DNA from: Eledone cirrhosa | Taxonomy: Eukaryota | NCBI GenBank assembly: GCA_964016885.1 | Contig: OZ024755.1 | Span: forward strand, 23,808,001 to 23,872,000 | DNA: 64,000 nt | Reading direction: 5' to 3' | Shown: piece after piece, positions 26,163 through 39,531 of the stretch | Position numbering within the stretch: position 1 is the first letter of the stretch | Layout: every line of letters starts with the position of its first letter | The notes under the pieces: generated by a model | Seen by the model: the letters and a program-made list of their open reading frames with translations, nothing else | Told to the model about the DNA's origin: nothing | The model's database searches: none | Translations under genes and position numbers: made by a program

Positions 26163-26537
26163 TAATTAAATGTTTGACACTGCGAGTTATTGATTGTCAC
26201 TAATGAGCATAGAGATAATAGTTCTCACATTCTAGTATGTTCTTGACATCCTTCTCAGTCCACCTTCCTCACTTTAATTACAAATGTTTGACACTGTGAT
26301 TTATCAATTGTCATTAATGAGTATAGAGAGGATAGGTTCTCACGTTCCAGTATGTTCCTGACTCCCTCCCCAATGTTCACCTTCCTCACCTTAATTACCA
26401 AAAAGCATAAAGGTGGAACAACACTGAAGTCCTCACCTGTCAGTATGTTCTTGACTCCCTTCTCCGACCACCTTCCTCACCTTAATTACGAAGAAGCAGA
26501 GAGGTGAAACAACACTGAGGTCCCCACCTGTCAGTAT
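26163..26537. repeat. Staggered local tandem duplications (~115 bp x2, then ~85 bp x2)
   Basis: agtatgttc..caccttcctcac..taattac occurs three times; aaatgtttgacactg twice; aacaacactga.gtcc.cacctgtcagtat twice. Confidence 0.8.
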
Positions 26538-27114
26538 ACTACCAATTTCCCCACTTTATTTACTCCTTACTGTCTAAGCCCTCCACTTTAGTCCTCCCCA
26601 CACTCACACCCTACCTTCTTCATCCAATCCTTGCTAATATGGAAAAATCAATGTGATTCACCTTTCATCACTACCCTTCACTCACTTCTCCGATTCACCC
26701 TCCTTTCCTCCTAATTAACGTCACCTCTTATATGCATATCCCTGACTCAACTTCTTTGTCCAACCCGTACTAACACAGAAAGCCTGCACATCCTACTACT
26801 CATTTTCTTCAAGGCCATTTAATTTAATCAACTTTGCCCCTTCCCTTGAAACCTTGTGGTCGATTTAGAAATCAATATTCGGGGGTAATTTATATGTGGA
26901 TTCGATCATTTTGTTTCACAAGTAGATTTTAAAAAATTCATTTTATATGCTTCAAGTTTAAAATTTAAAGTAGGTTTAAGTCTATAAATTTACTTTTATT
27001 GGAATAAACTATGTAAAACTCACATAAACGATAATGGTGATATTAATAGACATTAAGTGTAACAGAGTATATGAGTATGAAGTCTGTGATATGTTATATC
27101 TCCCAGTAATGGTA

Positions 27115-27457
27115 TCATAATCATCATCATTTCATTTTACGTCCACTTTTCCCTGCTTGCAAGGGTGGGACGGGAACTGATTCTGGCTTGATTTCTACAG
27201 CTGGATGCCCTTCCTAACACCAACCTCATTTACAGTGAGTGCTGGGTGCTTTTTTGCCGTGGCACCTCCACGACCACTTTGTAGTGGAATGATAGGGACC
27301 CAAGTCCCTATCATCTCATTTCTACAGCTGAGTAAACTGGAGCAATGTGAAATAAAGTGTCTTGCTCAAGGAAACAACACATCACCCGGTCTGAGAATTG
27401 AACTCACAACCTTTCGATTGCAAGGCCAATGCTCTAACCACTAAGCCATGTGCCTCC
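27115..27457 (-). mobile_element. SINE family B, full length
   Basis: Near-identical reverse complement of 19373-19717. Confidence 0.9.
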
Positions 27458-28047
27458 ATAATGGACAAGATAAATGGGTGAAGTTAAAGTGTTTTTTTTT
27501 TTTACATTTAATAATGTGAGCTTGATGAAAATATATTTCAAACTAGTTACTTACTAACCAGTCCAAGAAAAGTATTTATCATCATCATTGTCAATTTAAT
27601 GTCTGCTTTCCTTGCCAGCAAAGGTTGGATGGATCTATATAGACTAAGTCAGTATTGAAGCAGAACTACTGATTTCTCAAGTAAGCCAGGGATCTGTGTC
27701 TCGCTTATATACAGTCTCACATACCATTGAGTGCTCAGGAGAGGTTGTCGTGCCTTTGACATAACTAAGGATTCTCCCAACCCTTTGTCTGGCAAGTTTT
27801 CTATGGCTGGATTTCCTTCTTATCATCTAAACCTAGATGAAGATTAATACTACTTCTAAATCATAATTGAAAAGTGTTAGATAGGGCATACACTTCACTG
27901 CATAACACTTGATTCAAAATGTCCTATATTTGTTTCAGTTTGAAGATGAAATGCCATGAAACCTGGGATAAGCCCTAGCATCACCTCCACCAAAAAGCAA
28001 TAAGCTGGTCGAAGGCAGGAAATGGACAATACTATGAGGCACATTAA

Positions 28048-28267
28048 CTCTTTAGTATTTACATTACTCTATATATACTATTGTATGTTTGTGGTAAAGG
28101 CTTTATTTTACATAATATCTTACATAATATCGAATCTATGAGATTTTGATGTTATCTATTTTGAAAACAATAACTTAATGTCAGAATGAGTGACCAGTTA
28201 CAGCCAGTTTGTACAGAAAAAGGTGAAATAATTCTGGCCAGATATGGCTGGTTTAAATGCTAAAGGG
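28048..28267. mobile_element. piggyBac-like MITE copy
   Basis: TTAA on both sides. Confidence 0.85.
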
Positions 28268-28994
28268 TTAAACAGTTCATTACTACATAATTAAAAAGCA
28301 TCACCAGAACACCCCACTTCTTGTTACACACATCCTTCAGTAAAAAAAAAACTAGACAACAAAATAACCAATATATACAAAACCGAAACCCAAAGTGTTA
28401 ATAAGATGTACATTTGACCAAAATACAGAAACCATGACATTAGTTTACAAATAGTATATGGACTGCGCTCAACCCACTTAGATGACAAATACCTATTGCC
28501 ATAAAAACTTACAAACAATGAGCTATTTAAAATAAAACTAAAAAAACACAGAGGCATACTCTTTACTTGAAAACTTAGATACGCACAAGTACACACACAC
28601 CTATTAAATATTGAAGTAGGTGAGGGGTACAAGTGAAGATTGTAGCCATTTCTAGCCCAAGTAGTCCCTAGCACTACATGTTCAAACTCTTAAGACACAA
28701 TTGGCAACACACCAAAGCATTACTAGAATACTAATCTATTTTCTTATCCAATTTTGAGAAACAAGAAATATATGAAAGCGCAAAAATAACCAACATGTCA
28801 ATTTTCATGAAAAGTATCTATTTTTGTGGTTCAGCAATTCTGTTTAATTCTGATAATTATAAACAGGCAAACCACTACTGCAGAACAGCCACTTGTCTCA
28901 GCATCCCAAACTTCTATTTCAGGTAGTAGGGCTAGCACAAAGCCCAGTATAGCATAACAACCTGGTCCTCAAGTACTTTTAGCACAGCTGTTAA

Positions 28995-29192
28995 CCCTTT
29001 AGCATTAAAACTGGCCATATCCAACCAGAATTCTCTCACTGCTTTCTGTTCAAACCGGCCATAACTGGCCACTCATACTGATGTTAAGGTAAATAAATAA
29101 TATCAAAATCTCATAGATTCGATATCATGTGAGGTAAAGCCTTTAATGTGAAAATATAATAGTAAATATAGAGTAATGTAAATGCTAAAGGG
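28995..29192. mobile_element. piggyBac-like MITE copy, inverted relative to 28048-28267
   Basis: TTAA on both sides, TIRs intact. Confidence 0.85.
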
Positions 29193-29345
29193 TTAAGTTT
29201 GAGGTTCTATTGATTCAGTCTCGCAGTCCGAGATTGCCTACAATGGTCGTGAATTACTACCTTTCTTTTACTGTTTAATTTATAAAAAAAAGGTCCACTT
29301 GTATAGTATTTCTCCTCTGTTCCTTCTGTCTTTAATCCTTTAATA

Positions 29346-29811
29346 CAGAGGTTCTCAAACTTTTTGGACCCCCCCCCCCTCCCAAGACCACATAATTGTT
29401 TCTACTTTTGGCACAAGGCCAGCAATTACCCAGTGCATTACTGGTACTTTATTTTATCGACCCCGTAAGGATGAAAGGCAAAGTTAACCTCAGCGGGATT
29501 TTAACTCAGACCATAAAGGGACATAACTATGCTGGAAAGCATGGCATCCGACTCTCTACCGATACTGCCAATCCACCGCCCATGACCACATAATATCTTC
29601 AGCGCCTCCCAACCCTATTTCCAAAGAGACCTGCCTACATGCAAATTGTAAATGATATATATATTATTTTACTGTATCTATATATATGTATCATTTGATA
29701 TTTAATATACTATTATATTATCTCTACCGCCCAAACCCTCACCAACTCCTTAGACCCCAGCACCCCCTTGGACCTTCTCAACGCCTCCAGTGGGGGCTTT
29801 GAGAATCTCTG
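29346..29811. mobile_element. hAT/Charlie-like MITE containing a SINE A (29393-29581)
   Basis: TIR CAGAGGTTCTCAAA / TTTGAGAATCTCTG; perfect 8-bp TSD CTTTAATA; nested SINE has TSD gaccacataat. Confidence 0.88.
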
Positions 29812-30599
29812 CTTTAATACAACACTTCCTGCACCTTTCACATTTCAAGCTGTGAATCACCTCCACCAAAATCTACCCGATACACCTTTCTATTTTCTTA
29901 CTTTCTCTACAGTCAGTATTAAATAATTTATTCAATCTTTTCTTCCCAGAACTGCATCTCTACAGAATCTCTTCCCCACCTTTTACTTTCAAAACATAGA
30001 TTTGGAAAAGTTAAAATTAAATACAACTTTAACCCTTTCATGACTTCATTTCTAATGAAATACATTCTATTTTAGTTAATTAATGAAGAATTTTGAAAGA
30101 TTTACTGAAAGTATTAATTATTTCATTAGTAAGATAGTAACTTAAAGTAAGGTTCTGATATGAAATTATGTTGGAATATTATAATTCAAATTGGAAATCT
30201 TTAAAATAGGTGATATTAAAGACAAAAACAGTCTAGGAGAGCCTAGAACGGTTTTAAACAATGATCCACCTCCTAGGAACAGGAGAAAAAAAACTATTGA
30301 GACTCTCTTATTAAGTCTAGCTTGCACATATCTACAAAAAGACCTCTGTACTTCATAAAACTAAGCACTGGAAAAATATGTAATGTGGTCCCGATCTAAT
30401 CAGAAGCATATCTATTGCCAAGGTTAGCATCACCACTGGCTCCTTGGTGCTTTTAGCATAGCTCGTTTTATTCCAAATATTCAGGCCAGGGCCTCAGTCT
30501 GAAGATAACTTACTACTTTCTTCCTTTGACTAAATCATGTAAAAAAAGAAACAAAAGTAAACAAAACAAAAAGTATCTGTATGCAATGAATTGTTATTT

Positions 30600-30801
30600 G
30601 CATTTAAACTGGCCAAATCTGGCCAGAATTCTCTCACCTCTTTCTGTTCAAACCGGCTGTAACTGACTGCTCATATTGATGTTAAGGTATTGTTCTCAAA
30701 ATAATTAATATCAAAATCTCATAGATTCAATATTATGTCAGATAATTATGTGTACCATGAAAATATAATAGTAAATATAGAGAAAAGTAAATGCTAAAGG
30801 G
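30600..30801. mobile_element. piggyBac-like MITE copy, left end clipped
   Basis: Family body; right end AAAGGGttaa. Confidence 0.8.
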
Positions 30802-31989
30802 TTAAGATGAGCCACGTCTGTAATAGGATATCTTGAGTATATCTGATTGGCTTCTTAAACAATTACATCATTAACAGTAACTTGAGGCTGGAGACTGCTT
30901 TTGTGTGTGTGTTTTCTTTTTGCTTTTGCTTTAAAATTGGCAGAATGTCATCAAAAATTAGTTTCAAACACGTAATTTCAATGAATCATATGAAGCCAAT
31001 GACAGAAGACTATATAACATTTGTGATAGGAAATTAAAAGCAAAACTTGTCAAAGCATAATTGTGTTTCTCAGATTGCAGTTTTTTTATTCTTATTTCAA
31101 GTAGTTTGCCATGTAACAACAATTGACCAATTTACAATCTCATTTGTTTCTAATTCTAAACTTTACTTGATAATGCCTTATCTTTTCATATCCAATCAGA
31201 CATGTGATGCACCTGAAATGTCTATAAATGTTCTAAGCAAGACCAAGCAATAGACAATTTATATCTAATCATCAAGTTTGGTTTTTAACTTTTAAGTTAC
31301 AGGTGTTGAGAATTAATAGTTCCTATAAAAAAAAATGGCCAACCCAACCAGAAAGTTTCACCCTCAAGATGACTGTATCATTTAATTGAAATTTAAAACA
31401 TTGATAAAGAACAGGAGCTTAGACAAATTAAAATCTCCAATCTCACAGCACAATAATCTATGTTAAGTATTAAGATGAATTTAAATTCAATGTATCACTT
31501 GAACTTATAGGGGCTATTAATATGATAAGGGGATTTTCTTTATGATTACTCCAGGCATAAATTTGATTTATGCAAACAGGCTAAGATATACAGTTTAAGG
31601 ACAAAATTAATGACCTGAGTCATATTAATATATAATTTTGGCATAAGACTAACTGTTTGTTTGAAATGGAAATTCAATTATATCAGCCCCAGTACTTCAC
31701 TGGTTCTTTATTTTATCAACTCCACAAAAGATGAAAGATATGGTTGATCTCAGCTGGATTTGAACTCAGAATGAGACAGAACAAAACTGAAAAGCAGGTC
31801 TCTGTCCCCTGAAACTTTTTTTTGTCTTTCACAGCATTTAGTTGTTTTAAAAATACACTCTCGCTTCTCCTCGATCAGAGACAACTCTGTTTTTTCATTG
31901 TATATACTTTAATTTCATTTTATATACTTTAATTTAATGTTATATACTTTAATGACTCAACCAATCCACTGCCTTTTGTCCTAATTAAT

Positions 31990-32211
31990 AATTGTTTCTA
32001 CTTTAGGCACAAGGCCAGCAATTACCCAGTGCATTACTGGTACTTTATTTTATCGACCCCGTAAGGATGAAAGGCAAAGTCAACCTCGGCGGGATTTGAA
32101 CTCAGATCGTAAAGGGACGTAACTATGCTGGAAAGCATGGCGTCCGACCCTCTCCCGATACTGCCAATCCACCGCCCCTTAAAACCTCCATGGCCAACCC
32201 AACCAGAAAGT
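31990..32211 (-). mobile_element. Young SINE A with TSD and extra 5' filler
   Basis: TSD tttgtcctaattaataat; filler at ~32179-32211. Confidence 0.88.
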
Positions 32212-32279
32212 CTTTGTCCTAATTAATAATGATACAGACACCTTCATACTCCATCACTACATTTTAATTTTAATACATA

Positions 32280-32535
32280 GCTTCAGCATTCAGTAATCAG
32301 AAGAAGTAGGAGTAAAAGCCAAACTCACTATCTTCAATTCGGTATTCATGCTAACCCTTACCTATGGTCATGAATCTTGGGTAATGACTAAAAGAATATG
32401 ATCATGAATACAAGAGACAGAAATGTGGCTCCTGCAAAGGATCTTTGGATTAATGTTACTCAAGAGAATGCGTAGCTCAGAGATTAGAGAGTCACTCTAG
32501 GTAGAGCCGCTACTTCTCTGAATTGAGAGATCACA
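32280..32535 (+). mobile_element. RTE LINE fragment (GAA-tail family)
   Basis: Aligns by eye to 13277-13535. Confidence 0.8.
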
Positions 32536-33045
32536 CCACCACCTCTATGACTACTACTACTACTACTTCTACTACTACTACTCTACTGCTGCTAATACTA
32601 CAAGATTTATTGATTCCAGATGGAAGAAAGGGTAAGTCATCCCAGAAGGATTCAAACATTAGAGGTAGATTAGTAAATATTTAAAAATAATTATTTCACA
32701 GTTCTTACTATTTCTGCTACTCCACTCCACTAGTTATGTATCTGATAATAATAATTGTTATCTTACATTATGTAATCTTTGTATAGTATTTAGTAGTATT
32801 GCTAGTTAATAACTACTTTCTGTTGAACTATAAACATTGTAAATACAAAAGCAAAATTAGAATTTTGTTTTTTGCTCTAACATAGCGGATATGTAAACCT
32901 ATTTGTGAGTTTTGTATTAAAAAAATGTTATTTTTGAATAGAAAAATAATTGTTGCCTTTATTCTCATCATAATTATTATTACTTTTATTTTAGGTTTAT
33001 GTTTTTAATGCTGGCATGGATTTAAAGTACTTAAAATACACATAT

Positions 33046-33776
33046 CCTTCCATATAGTGTACCTTCTATATAGAGTACCTTCCTTCCATATAGAGTACCT
33101 TCTATATAGTGTACCTTCCATAGAGTGTACCTTCCATATAGTGTACCTTCTATGTAGTGCCTTCTATATAGTATACCTTCCATATAGTGTCTTCTATATA
33201 GTGTCTTCTATATAGTGTACCTTCCATATAGTGTCTTCTATATAGTGTACCTTCTATATAGTGTACCTTCCACATAGTGCCTTCCACATAATGTCTTCCA
33301 TATAGTGTCTTCTATATAGTATACCTTCCATAGTGTCTTCCATATAGTGTACCTTCCATATATTGTCTTCAATATAGTGTACCTTCCATATAATGTACCT
33401 CCCATATAGTGTGCCTTCCATATAGTGTACCTTCCTTCCATAGTGTACCTTCCATATAGTGTACCTTCCTTCCATATAGTGTGCCTTCCATATAGTGTAC
33501 CTTCCATATAGTGTACCTTCCTTCTATATAGTGTACCTTCTATATAGTGTGCCTTCCATATAGTGTCTTCCATATAGAGTACCTTCTATATAGTGTACCT
33601 TCCATATAGTGTCTTCCATATAGTGTACCTTCCATATAGTGTACCTTCCATATAGTGTACCTTCCATATAGTGTACCTCCCATATAGTGTACCTCCCATA
33701 TAGTGTACCTTCCATATAGTGTACCTTCCATATAGTGTACCTTCCATATAGTGTACCTCCCATATAGTGTACCTTC
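33046..33776. repeat. 16-bp minisatellite (ccatatagtgtacctt), roughly 45 units
   Basis: Direct tandem array; the 16-aa periodic ORFs equal three units. Confidence 0.95.
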
Positions 33777-34240
33777 AGACATTCCTCAGCTGAATACTCT
33801 TCATATGACATCAGCAGAAGATAAATTGTCTTCCTGGATTTGAAAACTACTCTACTTCATACAAATGTGTGTATCATGTCTGCTATATCTATTAGGCATA
33901 TCAACACTTACAGGTTTCAGTCCTTGGAAGTAAAAATGAAAACAAACCGGAAGTATCTATTGCGTACACCAGTACTTATTGCATTCAAATTACACAAAAT
34001 GTGTTAGATACTTATCTAATGTTCACCAATACTATAAATTTAAATCACTGAGAAGGAAAATTACCTGCTGGAGGGAGTGTTTGAAGACTCTGTCCCCATG
34101 ACCCTTTTAGGAATAAATGGATGAAAAAGAAGATGAAGAGAAGGAAAATTATATTAAGCCAGGTTTATATATAATCTTCCTGTTTACACAACCTAAAGCA
34201 TTTCTCTGGCTCAGAGAAATTGAAGTGAAGGGCATCCAGC

Positions 34241-34382
34241 CAGTGCTGGATTTAGGACAAATGAAGACTTGTTATGAGGCCCTGAAGGAGGTAACATTTT
34301 TATTTGGCAGGAAGATGGCCTCCCCTGGCCAACGGGGCCCCGTGCTTAAGCACACCTAAGCACAATGGTAAATCCAGCACTG
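34241..34382. mobile_element. hAT-type MITE nested in an RTE/SINE tail
   Basis: Perfect TIR CAGTGCTGGATTTA; perfect 8-bp TSD CATCCAGC. Confidence 0.9.
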
Positions 34383-34724
34383 CATCCAGCTGTAGAAACT
34401 AAGCCAAAATTAGTTCAGTATGAGCAAGACATGGTCAAATGACCTGCCCTATCTCACAACAGGACAACTCATGTAACCCATGCAAGCATGGAAAAATGGA
34501 CATTAATTGGTGGTGGTGGTGGTGGTGGTGGTGGTGGTGGTGGTGGTGATGATGCAGTGATGTAGCTAAAGTTTGTCCTGCCTGGAGAAGCTGTTGAGTT
34601 TGCTGCCCTGACCTCATGAAAAAAGTGAAAAAAGGGTTGGTTTTTATCAACTTCTCTTTAGCATAAAGTATTATTGATGTCTTCTGTTTAGATATAATGT
34701 AGTTGAAATAATGTCTTACTATTG

Positions 34725-35816
34725 ACATGTGGCTTAGTACTTAGAGTCATGAGTTCAATTCCCAGACTGTACGGCACTTTGTGTCCTCGAAAGAAGACAC
34801 TGTATTTCATGTTGCTCAAGTCCACTCAGTTGCCAAAAACAAGTTCTACCTGTAAATCAAGGGTAAACCTTGTCACACTGTTTCACTCTGAGTCTCCCTA
34901 AAAAGTACATTAAGGGAGCACATATCTGTGGAATGCTCAGCCACTTGCACTTTAATTTCATGAGCAGGCTGTTTTGTTAATTGAATCGCCTGGAATTCTC
35001 ATTATCTGAAATGGCTGTTGAAATAATGATTTCTACTATAGACACAAGGCCAGTAATTTGAGGGGAAGGGGAAAGTCAATTAAATCAACCCCAGTGCGTG
35101 ATTAATACTTTATTTTATCGACCCCGTAAGGATGAAAAGCAAAGTTAACCTCGGCAGGATTTAAAATCAGAACTTAAAGGGTTGTAACTCTATTCCGTGA
35201 AGCATGTTGTTCAACGCTCTACTGATTATAATAATGATAATAATTGTTTTACTTTTGGCACAAGGCCAGCAATTACCCCAGTGCATTACTGGTACTTTAT
35301 TTTATCAACACTGTAAGGATGAAAGGCAATGTTAACCTCGGCGGAATTTGAACTCAGAACGTAAAAGGCCATAACTCTATGCTTGCAAAGCATGCTCTAC
35401 CGAAACTACCAATCCACTGCCCTAATAAAAATTGTTTCTATTTTTGGCACAAGGCCAGCAATTACCCAGTACATTACTGGTACTTTATTTTATCGACCCC
35501 GTAAGGATGAAAGGCAAAGTTAACCTTGGCGGGATTTGAACTCAGACCGTAAAGGGACGTAACTATGCTGGAAAGCATGGCGTCCAACCCTCTACCGATA
35601 CTGCCAATTCTAATAATAATAATAATAATTGTTTCTACGTTAGGCACAAGGCCAGCAATTACCCAGTGTATTACTGGTACTTTATTTTATCGACCCCGTA
35701 AGGATGAAAAGCAAAGTTAACCTCGGCGGGATTTGAACTCAGAATAGCAAGGGCCGTAACTTTATGCGTCAAAGCATGGCGTCCGACCCTCTACCGATAC
35801 TGCCAATCCACCGCCT
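34725..35816. mobile_element. SINE pile-up: one + strand SINE (34725-35010) and four tandem minus-strand SINE A copies
   Basis: Copies at ~35025-35225, 35242-35423, 35429-35609 and 35627-35816 separated by (AAT)n-type spacers. Confidence 0.88.
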
Positions 35817-36214
35817 TAATAATAATAATAATAACAGTTACTCACGAATCTTTGGCAACATTTAAGGAACTAATACAGAATCTAAAATCAATAGCCAACT
35901 GGTTAATAGTAAAAAAAACAAACTATATTAACTCTCCCAAACAAAAACCTCTGGCATTTATATTCTCCTGCAAGTTGGCTATATACCTGGAAATTAATGA
36001 CAGAGTGAAAGGAGTATTGGAAAGAGATGTATGGATGTAAAGAACAGTTGGTGATAAACCATGTAATTATTGAAGACAGGAATAAAAGAGAAACGGAAAT
36101 CTAAAAATTGTATGGATTGATTACCAAGAGGTGACCGCATATTTCACTCCTAGACATCACAATCACTATATATATTGTGAAAGTAGCTCCAGTACTAATA
36201 CATTATTTCAACAG

Positions 36215-36400
36215 AGATTGGCAGTATCAGTAGAAGGTAGGACGCCATACTTTGCAGCATGGAGTTACGCCTCTTTACGGTCTGAGTTCAAATGCCGCCG
36301 AAGTTAACTTTGCCTTTCTTCCTTATGAGGTCAATAAAATAAAGCACCAGTAATACACTGGGATAATTGCTGGCCTTGTGCCAAAAGTAGAAACAATTAT
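36215..36400 (+). mobile_element. SINE family A
   Basis: A/B boxes, core and tail. Confidence 0.85.
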
Positions 36401-36554
36401 TTAAACAGGCCAGTGTATTGGCAGTATCAATAGAATGTCAGGCTCTCCTAAGTTGCATTTATCAAAAGAAATTGAAATTATTGTTAAAAAATATTTAAAA
36501 TTAATTTCTAATGAAAATTAAACTATACTTGAGTTACAAATTTGACCAATTAAA

Positions 36555-37038
36555 CCAAACTCACTATCTTCAATTTGGTTTATGTGTCAACCCTTACCTA
36601 TAGTCACGAATTTTGGGTAATGACCGAAAGAATACGATCGCGAATACAAGCGGCCAAAATGGGATTCCTCTGAAGGGTCTTTGGAGTAACGTTACTCGAT
36701 AAAGTGTGTAACTCGAAGATCAGAGAGTCACTCTAGGTAGAGCCGCTCTGTCTCCGAATTGAGAGTTCACAGCTCTGGTACTATGGGTATGTGGTTAGAA
36801 TGTCTCAGGAAAGAATCGCTGGACAGATTTCACTGGCAAAACCAACCGGGAAGAGACCCAGGGGTAGACCCCCGAGCAAGATGGTTCGATAACAACCATG
36901 AGCTTGGCTGGTCTTGCTTATGGATCCAGCCAGATCAGTTGGAGATGGTTGCTTCTGACAGGACCCACTGAAGAAGTATTGGAGGACGTGCCCCCAAGAC
37001 CGACTCAGGAATAAGTAGGCAAAGAAGAAAAAGAAGAA
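36555..37038 (+). mobile_element. RTE LINE 3' part (GAA-tail family)
   Basis: Matches 13320-13787 and the reverse complement of 56005-56436. Confidence 0.85.
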
Positions 37039-37736
37039 ACCTACTGGGTGAAAGAAAATTATGTTTTTAGATTTAGAATCAACTACATTTCTGAGGTGGA
37101 ATATGATACTGAAAATGATCAGACAGTTTCTCTAGTGACTCTGTATTATTTCTGTTATAATACTGCCACAACAGTTATGTTATATTCATTACCATTCAGA
37201 AGACAATTCTCGCCAGGTGAATAACTTTCTCATTTGGGAAACTTGGCAACACTTCAGTTTTTGAAGCCGACTCTTCTAACATGTGTCAACCAAGGATGCA
37301 TGTTTGCATAACACAATATCGGCAGGTAAAAGAAAAGCAAAAAATATAGAGCTACAGCATAAGGACAGCAGACACTTCTGAAGTATAAAATAATTATAGT
37401 AGCTAGTGCTGTAAACGCCAGTTACTACCATCTCACAAAACACCGGCAGTATTAATACCAATTTAAGTTAAGTGTGATGATTACACAAAATAAAAAAAAA
37501 TAAAACATTATTTCTTATACCAAGGGTTCTTAACTGGGAGGGAGAGCGGGAGGCATGTATCCATACCCTCTGGGGGTTGTGAAAGCCAAAGCCTGAGTGT
37601 ATGGAATTTGATCTCTAATATTGCTTTCTATAAATACACTAAGATCAATCTATTTTTAGAACTGTTGAGTGATAGGAAGTTTGAATTTATAAGTTAAAAG
37701 CATCAACGTTTTTTTACTATGAAAAATAGTCTAATA

Positions 37737-37921
37737 CAGGGTTTCCCAAACTTTTTCAAACGTGGAACCCTTTTTGGTTCAGACACTTTTGGGAAAACCC
37801 CAAAGTCTAATACTGTTATATGGTCGTAATATAAATATACTCCTCTACCTTTTTTCATGGAACCCCAGACACTTCTTTGTGGAACACTTGGGTTCTGCAG
37901 AACCAATTTTAGGAACAACTG
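37737..37921. mobile_element. hAT/Charlie-like MITE
   Basis: CAGG..TTCCCAAA / TTTAGGAACAACTG ends; perfect 8-bp TSD GTCTAATA. Confidence 0.85.
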
Positions 37922-38410
37922 GTCTAATAATTTGGGTATATAAACTCTGGAGATAGAAAGTCACCTGTGGGACTCAAACATACATCTGCAATATGCCATT
38001 TTGCTCTGCTGATATTTTTTCCCCATTATAATAAACCTTATAAACCAGTAGTAGCCCCATAGGTGGCACTGTACAAATGTTTTCCATCTCCAGTGTTTCT
38101 ATACTCATCTTAGGCTATTGTTCATAGTCAATAAACGTTGGTTCTTCTAACTTACAAATTAAATATAAGATCATTATGATTTTCTTTCTTCTATTCCTGA
38201 TTATCTACATATAAAGCTAAGAGAACTGAGATTGATGATAATGATAATGATGATGATTTTGACCATCTAGTGAAGGAATTATTAGATAATCCTTTGTGAG
38301 TCTGCCATTGTAAAAGGATTAAGTAACACTGAATAGATCACATACTGTAATACAGTAGGTTCATCTCCTAGATTAGTTTACAACGACAATTTAATTGCGA
38401 TTGAAGATAT

Positions 38411-38583
38411 CATTTAAACTCGCCAGAATTCTCTCACCTCTTTCTATTCAAATAATAGTGATGTATATAGTATTGTTCTAAAAATAAATAATATCGAAAT
38501 CTCAAAGATTTGATATTATGTGAGATAAAGCCTTTACTGTGAAAATACAAGACTATATATAAAGTAATGTAAATGCTAAAGGG
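38411..38583. mobile_element. piggyBac-like MITE, left-clipped
   Basis: Family body and right TIR plus TTAA. Confidence 0.75.
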
Positions 38584-39317
38584 TTAAGTGTGAGGTACCA
38601 GACATTTCTGCTATAGTGTAGAAATAATGGCTACACCAGTGGCCATCGACTACAATAAAGCAAAGTTAGAAAATTTTTTATTTAATTACATTTGTGATAA
38701 GCTTAATTTATCAGTATAAATTAAGCAATTGCATTCAACTGCTTTCTGTGCAACAATGGCAGCTTTTTATTTAGTCACTAGTTTAAAAAGGGTTAAGTGT
38801 CCATATTTGCTTTGTATTGTTATAAATTTGAAGTTAAAGGAAATGTGAATGCAGAGAGAGAATTCCAAGAGGAAAGAAGTGTTGGAAGAAGTATTTAGTC
38901 TTGGAATGAAACATAAAGCTCATGGAAGGAAGTGTAACTGATAATTAAAATGAAAGAATAGCTCATATGAACATAACTAATGCAATAGAGAAAAAGACAA
39001 AGAGTATGATAATGCTTGTAGTTGGTGTCTTTTGGGGGTTATAAGTTATCAGAGAGATAAATCTTTCCCAGAAGATTATGTGTGTATTTGGATGTGTGCA
39101 TTGGTACGTACAGTAGGTTCACAATTAATGGTGTCTACTATTCCAATGTAGGTCATATCTGTTTTGTAAATGCTTAGTAATTGTTTAAAACTGAAGTATT
39201 TTCTAAACATTAAACAGAAAGTCAATATTCAAAAGAGGCCATGAATGCATAAAGATTGTGGTGTTTCCACAAGAGGATCTTGTCAGAGATTGTTAGATTG
39301 AGGATTTGAAAGTTGTA

Positions 39318-39531
39318 TTAGCATTTACATTACTTTATATTTACTATTGTATTTTCATGGTAAAAACTTAACCTCACATAATTATCTCACATAATATCGA
39401 ATCTGCGAGATTTTGATATTTATTTTGAGAACAATACCTCAATATAAGTATGAGCGGTCGGTTACGGATGGTTTGAACAGAAAGAAGAGAGAGAATTCTG
39501 GCCGGATATGGCCAGTTTAAATGCTAAAGGG
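39318..39531. mobile_element. piggyBac-like MITE, inverted relative to 38411-38583
   Basis: Family body and right TIR plus TTAA. Confidence 0.8.

Noticed and set aside
33238-33811. Tyr/Gly-rich repeat ORFs
   Set aside because: Translation of a 16-bp minisatellite that is open in several frames.
34435-34728. Poly-His ORF
   Set aside because: (GGT)n expansion of a retroposon tail.
35838-35860. gtgagt donor on the minus strand
   Set aside because: Lies at a SINE junction beside a decayed retroelement; no matching acceptor or open exon found.
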